A DNA stretch of 1,678 nucleotides from Naegleria gruberi (taxonomy: Eukaryota). Below the pieces are notes generated by a model. It was not told where the DNA came from and did not search any database. It saw nothing but the letters and a program-made list of their open reading frames with translations. Position 1 is the stretch's first letter. Every line of letters begins with the position of its first letter. This document shows positions 1-1,678 of this stretch, one piece after another. The stretch is from the NCBI GenBank assembly GCA_000004985.1, contig GG739349.1. The stretch is one strand, 5' to 3'. The position numbers were made by a program, and so were the translations under genes.

Positions 1-139
1 TCCCTGACTTTGATGTTATAGCCATGACCTTCCTGCCTTTACAAACTCTGACAGCCTTCATAGATTTTGTTGCTGAAACAGATTGTTACATCTTTAACTA
101 ACCATCAACCCATGTTTAACTGTCATTTGCTATTATCAA

Positions 140-170
140 GGCTTTTTGTTTTTTTGTTTTTGTATAAGAA
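140..170 (+). promoter_or_regulatory. Poly(dT)/T-rich tract (ctttttgtttttttgtttttg) followed by a TATA-like box (TATAAGAA, 163-170). It lies about 135 bp upstream of the 302 ATG.
   Basis: T-rich nucleosome-excluding tracts and TATA elements 40-150 bp upstream of start codons are typical of yeast promoters. The call rests on sequence motifs only. Confidence 0.3.
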
Positions 171-280
171 ATAATTGAAAACTGTAGACAGACTATTAGG
201 GGTTTACATCCATCACAATGTCAGATTACAAGCAACTTGTCAGCTGATGATGGGTTTGCTTTTTTCAATCTACAAGCCAC

Positions 281-301
281 AAATAAATCAAAATAAAAAA
301 A
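281..301 (+). promoter_or_regulatory. A-rich 5' leader / translation-initiation context (aaataaatcaaaataaaaaaa) immediately upstream of ATG 302.
   Basis: An A-rich, G-poor leader with A at -3 is the classic yeast start context. It supports 302 as a genuine initiation codon. Confidence 0.45.
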
Positions 302-790
302 ATGTCTGCTAAACTTGAATTAAACTCTGGAAACAAATGGCTTGTTGAATATCAAAAAGGACAACAAGATCTAACCATTAACTCCACAGCCATTCAACAA
401 TCAGTAGTTGTTTACAAATGTGAAAATTCCACATTAGTTGTACGTGGTAAGGTAAATGGTATCACTATTGATAGCTGTTCCAACTTTAACATTATCTTCG
501 AAAGCTCGATCTCCCCTCTTGACGTCATTAACTGCAAGAGAGTTCAAGTGCAAGTAGAAAAGACAACCCCTGCTGTCATCATCAACAAAACTGCTAATAT
601 CAAAGTTTTCTTGAGCAAAGAAAGTTTGCATACTGAGTTTGTTTCATCTCTTTCAAACGAGATGAATGTTTACATCCCTACTCAAGATGGTGAAGACACC
701 ATTGAGTTGCCAATTCCAGAAACACTTACCACCAGAGTTGTAAAAGGAAAGCTTGAAACAGAAGTTGGCAGCAAGGCTGTTGGTGTTTAA
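302..790 (+). CDS. Stand-alone C-CAP (CARP / beta-helix) domain protein. It is homologous to the C-terminal actin-monomer-binding domain of cyclase-associated protein CAP/Srv2. The 162-aa ORF is complete.
   Basis: The product aligns along its full length with my recollection of the Srv2/CAP C-terminal domain. Matches include GNKWLVEYQ vs GNKWFIENYE, the VxGKVNxIxxDxC and SSISxxDVI repeats, and FLSKESLHTEF...NVYIPTQDGEDTIELPIPE vs YLSKESLNTEI...NVNLPIGEDDDYVEFPIPE. The start is ATG-TCT with A at -3 and a 20-nt A-rich leader. In-frame stops at TAA 284-286 and TGA 248-250 preclude an N-terminal extension. Codon usage is yeast-like and no in-frame CTG is present. Confidence 0.85.
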   Translation: MSAKLELNSGNKWLVEYQKGQQDLTINSTAIQQSVVVYKCENSTLVVRGKVNGITIDSCSNFNIIFESSISPLDVINCKRVQVQVEKTTPAVIINKTANIKVFLSKESLHTEFVSSLSNEMNVYIPTQDGEDTIELPIPETLTTRVVKGKLETEVGSKAVGV

Positions 791-809
791 AAAACAGATC
801 CTTACTTCA

Positions 810-830
810 AATAAATTGTAAACAATTGTT
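810..830 (+). promoter_or_regulatory. Intergenic signal cluster. AATAAA (810-815) and TGTA (817-820) form a 3'-end positioning/efficiency-like element. A perfect 10-bp palindrome AACAATTGTT (821-830) overlaps a forkhead-type GTAAACAA (818-825).
   Basis: These motifs are read directly from the sequence. They sit in the 84-bp spacer between the 790 stop and the 875 start. The A-rich stretch at 844-852 could be a poly(A) site or a leader. Confidence 0.3.
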
Positions 831-874
831 CCACCGAATCGACCAAAAAAAATCTCCAAACACTCTCGCCGCGA

Positions 875-1606
875 ATGTCTCAACAACTTGTTCAAATCGA
901 TAGAGAACATCTCAAGAAGCTCTATGCTGAAGAAGAAGCTTTGTTCTTGAAGAATCACCCAAAGTGTCGTGACGCCTTTGAAAGAGCTAAGAACTCTCTT
1001 CTTGATGGTGTACCAATGCACTGGATGAAGAAGTGGACTGGTGGTCATCCATTGTTTGTTAAACAAGCTAAAGGAGGTCACTTTACCGACTTGGATGATG
1101 TTAAATTTATCGATTTTTGCCTTGGTGATACTGGTTCCATGACTGGCCACTCTCCTGATGTTGTCGTTGATTTTGTTTCAAAACAATTAAATAATGGTAT
1201 TACTTATATGTTACCAAACGAAAATGCAATTTGGGTTGGTGATGATTTAAAGAAGCGTTTTGGTCTTCCATACTGGCAAGTTGCTGTTTCTGCAACTGAT
1301 GCCAACAGATTCACTTTACGTATTGCTAGACATATTACCAAACGTCCAAAGATCCTTGTTTTCAACTATTGCTATCACGGAACTGTTGATGAAGCTTTTG
1401 TCACCCTTGCTGATGATGGTGTTACTGCTGAATGTCGTGCTACAAATATTGGTCCACAAACCAATCCAACAAATACCACAAAGGTTGTTGAATTTAATGA
1501 TGTTGAAGCTTTGGAAAGAGCTTTGGCTCCTGGTGATGTTGCTGCTGTTTTGTGTGAACCAGCCATGACAAACATTGGTATTGTTCTCCCACACCAGGAT
1601 TTTTAG
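875..1606 (+). CDS. Aminotransferase segment A. This is the track ORF, which ends at a premature TAG created by the frameshift.
   Basis: The ORF ends ...GIVLPHQDF*. Family consensus predicts V-P-x-x-G-[FY]-L here. The in-frame stop therefore lies exactly where conserved sequence should continue. Confidence 0.8.
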   Translation: MSQQLVQIDREHLKKLYAEEEALFLKNHPKCRDAFERAKNSLLDGVPMHWMKKWTGGHPLFVKQAKGGHFTDLDDVKFIDFCLGDTGSMTGHSPDVVVDFVSKQLNNGITYMLPNENAIWVGDDLKKRFGLPYWQVAVSATDANRFTLRIARHITKRPKILVFNYCYHGTVDEAFVTLADDGVTAECRATNIGPQTNPTNTTKVVEFNDVEALERALAPGDVAAVLCEPAMTNIGIVLPHQDF

Positions 1607-1678
1607 ATAAGCTCCGTGAACTCACTACTAAATATGGTACTCTTTTGATTATCGACGAAACTCATACCATCTCTGCTG
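875..1678 (+). CDS. Class-III PLP-dependent aminotransferase, glutamate-1-semialdehyde 2,1-aminomutase (HemL)-like subfamily. It is 3'-partial and continues beyond the window. The reading frame is interrupted by an apparent 1-nt frameshift near 1590-1597.
   Basis: The translation contains PLFVKQAKGGHFTDLDDVKFIDFCLGDTGSMTGHSPD, which follows the HemL-like pattern P-[IL]-F-x-x-x-[AG]-K-G-x-x-x-x-D-x-D-G-x-x-[YF]-ID and GH. It also contains KILVFNYCYHGTVDE, which matches the IIKFEGCYHG motif, and LCEPAMTNIGIVLP, which matches the EPxxGNxGxIxP motif. After the shift, frame 1 (1597..1678) reads GFLDKLRELTTKYGTLLIIDETHTISA. This matches the conserved PGFLxxLRExxxxxGxLLIxDEV segment that precedes the PLP-lysine region. 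The first ATG after the in-frame stop TAA 812-814 is at 875 (ATG-TCT). Confidence 0.85.
1597..1678 (+). CDS. Aminotransferase segment B. This is the -1 frame continuation and is 3'-partial at the window end.
   Basis: Codons gga ttt tta gat aag ctc cgt gaa ... give GFLDKLRELTTKYGTLLIIDETHTISA, which is strongly family-like. Frame 1 is already open from 1585 and reads S-P-T-P-G-F-L. The lesion therefore lies at about 1589-1596. Confidence 0.75.

Noticed and set aside
140-162. T-rich run interpreted as a rho-independent-style terminator or simple-sequence repeat of biological note.
   Set aside because: There is no preceding GC-rich stem and the context is eukaryotic. It is better explained as a promoter poly(dT) tract or a low-complexity intergenic sequence.
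47-243. Recurrent CTGACA/TGTCAG hexamers at 47-52, 219-224 and 238-243, plus TGTCA at 122-126, as a possible repeated regulatory site.
   Set aside because: These are short, degenerate and irregularly spaced. Several such recurrences are expected by chance in 300 bp. They do not match a regulator I can name with confidence.
90-301. The possibility that ORF 302..790 is the 3' exon of a spliced full-length CAP gene.
   Set aside because: There is no canonical yeast 5' splice site (GTATGT) in the flank. The only branch-point-like AACTAAC (95-101) is about 200 nt from the ATG. The first downstream AG at 139-140 leads straight into stop codons. In-frame TAA at 284-286 lies just 5 codons before the ATG. 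An upstream exon would also have to encode about 300 aa of CAP N-terminus outside the window. This hypothesis is kept only as a formal refutation route.
434-631. A 65-aa minus-strand ORF inside the C-CAP gene.
   Set aside because: It is an antisense shadow ORF. It has no homology signal and overlaps a confidently called CDS.
653-1150. A 165-aa minus-strand ORF that spans the 3' end of the C-CAP gene, the spacer and the 5' end of the aminotransferase.
   Set aside because: It is antisense to two well-supported genes with strong homology. Its product has no recognisable motifs and is Phe/Leu/Ser/Asn-rich. That is typical of reverse-strand shadows of AT-rich coding sequence. It is implausible for a single ORF to bridge the intergenic region of two co-oriented genes.
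1260-1594. Three overlapping ORFs inside the aminotransferase: + strand 1260..1568 (102 aa), minus strand 1316..1594 (92 aa) and minus strand 1375..1575 (66 aa).
   Set aside because: These are off-frame or antisense shadows of a CDS that has clear family motifs in another frame. Their products are low-complexity, for example the Leu/Met/Val-rich MVFHTGKLLFLQLMP....
1598-1606. Programmed -1 ribosomal frameshift at T-TTT-TAG, with a UUU to UUU slip and a stop codon in the A site.
   Set aside because: It is formally possible. However, the -1 frame already encodes the conserved P-G-F-L from 1594, upstream of the slippery run. A single C deletion at 1594-1595 explains everything more simply and restores the consensus Gly. 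No obvious downstream stimulatory structure was noticed.
1-1678. Search for CRISPR arrays, tRNA/rRNA genes, insertion-sequence ends, inverted terminal repeats and long direct repeats.
   Set aside because: None were found. There are no clover-leaf-capable segments with a conserved GTTC/TTCGA context, no repeat-spacer periodicity and no long terminal inverted repeats. The window is fully accounted for by two protein-coding genes plus flanks.

Overview
This window appears to be eukaryotic, most likely from a budding yeast, possibly a CTG-clade species. The basis is that the coding regions have about 40% GC, open with A-rich ATG-TCT (Met-Ser) starts, and prefer TTG/AGA/GGT/GCT/CCA codons. None of about 430 in-frame codons is CTG, while CTG occurs about 30 times out of frame. 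There are two tandem + strand genes.

1. 302..790 is a complete 162-aa ORF. It encodes only the C-terminal CARP/beta-helix actin-binding domain of cyclase-associated protein (CAP/Srv2). In-frame stops lie 5 and 17 codons upstream of its ATG, so it is a stand-alone C-CAP domain protein, not the 3' end of a full-length CAP.

2. 875..1678 is a 3'-partial class-III (PLP-dependent) aminotransferase of the glutamate-1-semialdehyde 2,1-aminomutase (HemL-like) subfamily. Its reading frame is broken near 1590-1597. The track ORF ends at TAG 1604-1606, but the conserved P-G-F-L-x-x-L-R-E-L motif continues in the -1 frame from 1594 onward. This most likely reflects a 1-nt deletion in a short C run. It could be a sequencing error, a very recent pseudogenisation, or, less likely, recoding.

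Only 84 bp separate the two genes. This spacer holds an AATAAA/TGTA 3'-end-like signal and a perfect 10-bp palindrome that overlaps a forkhead-type GTAAACAA motif. The 5' 300 bp looks like promoter or 5' flank, with a T-rich tract, a TATA-like box and A-rich pre-ATG context. There are no rRNA/tRNA genes, CRISPR arrays or obvious mobile elements. The remaining track ORFs are antisense or off-frame shadows of the two genes.
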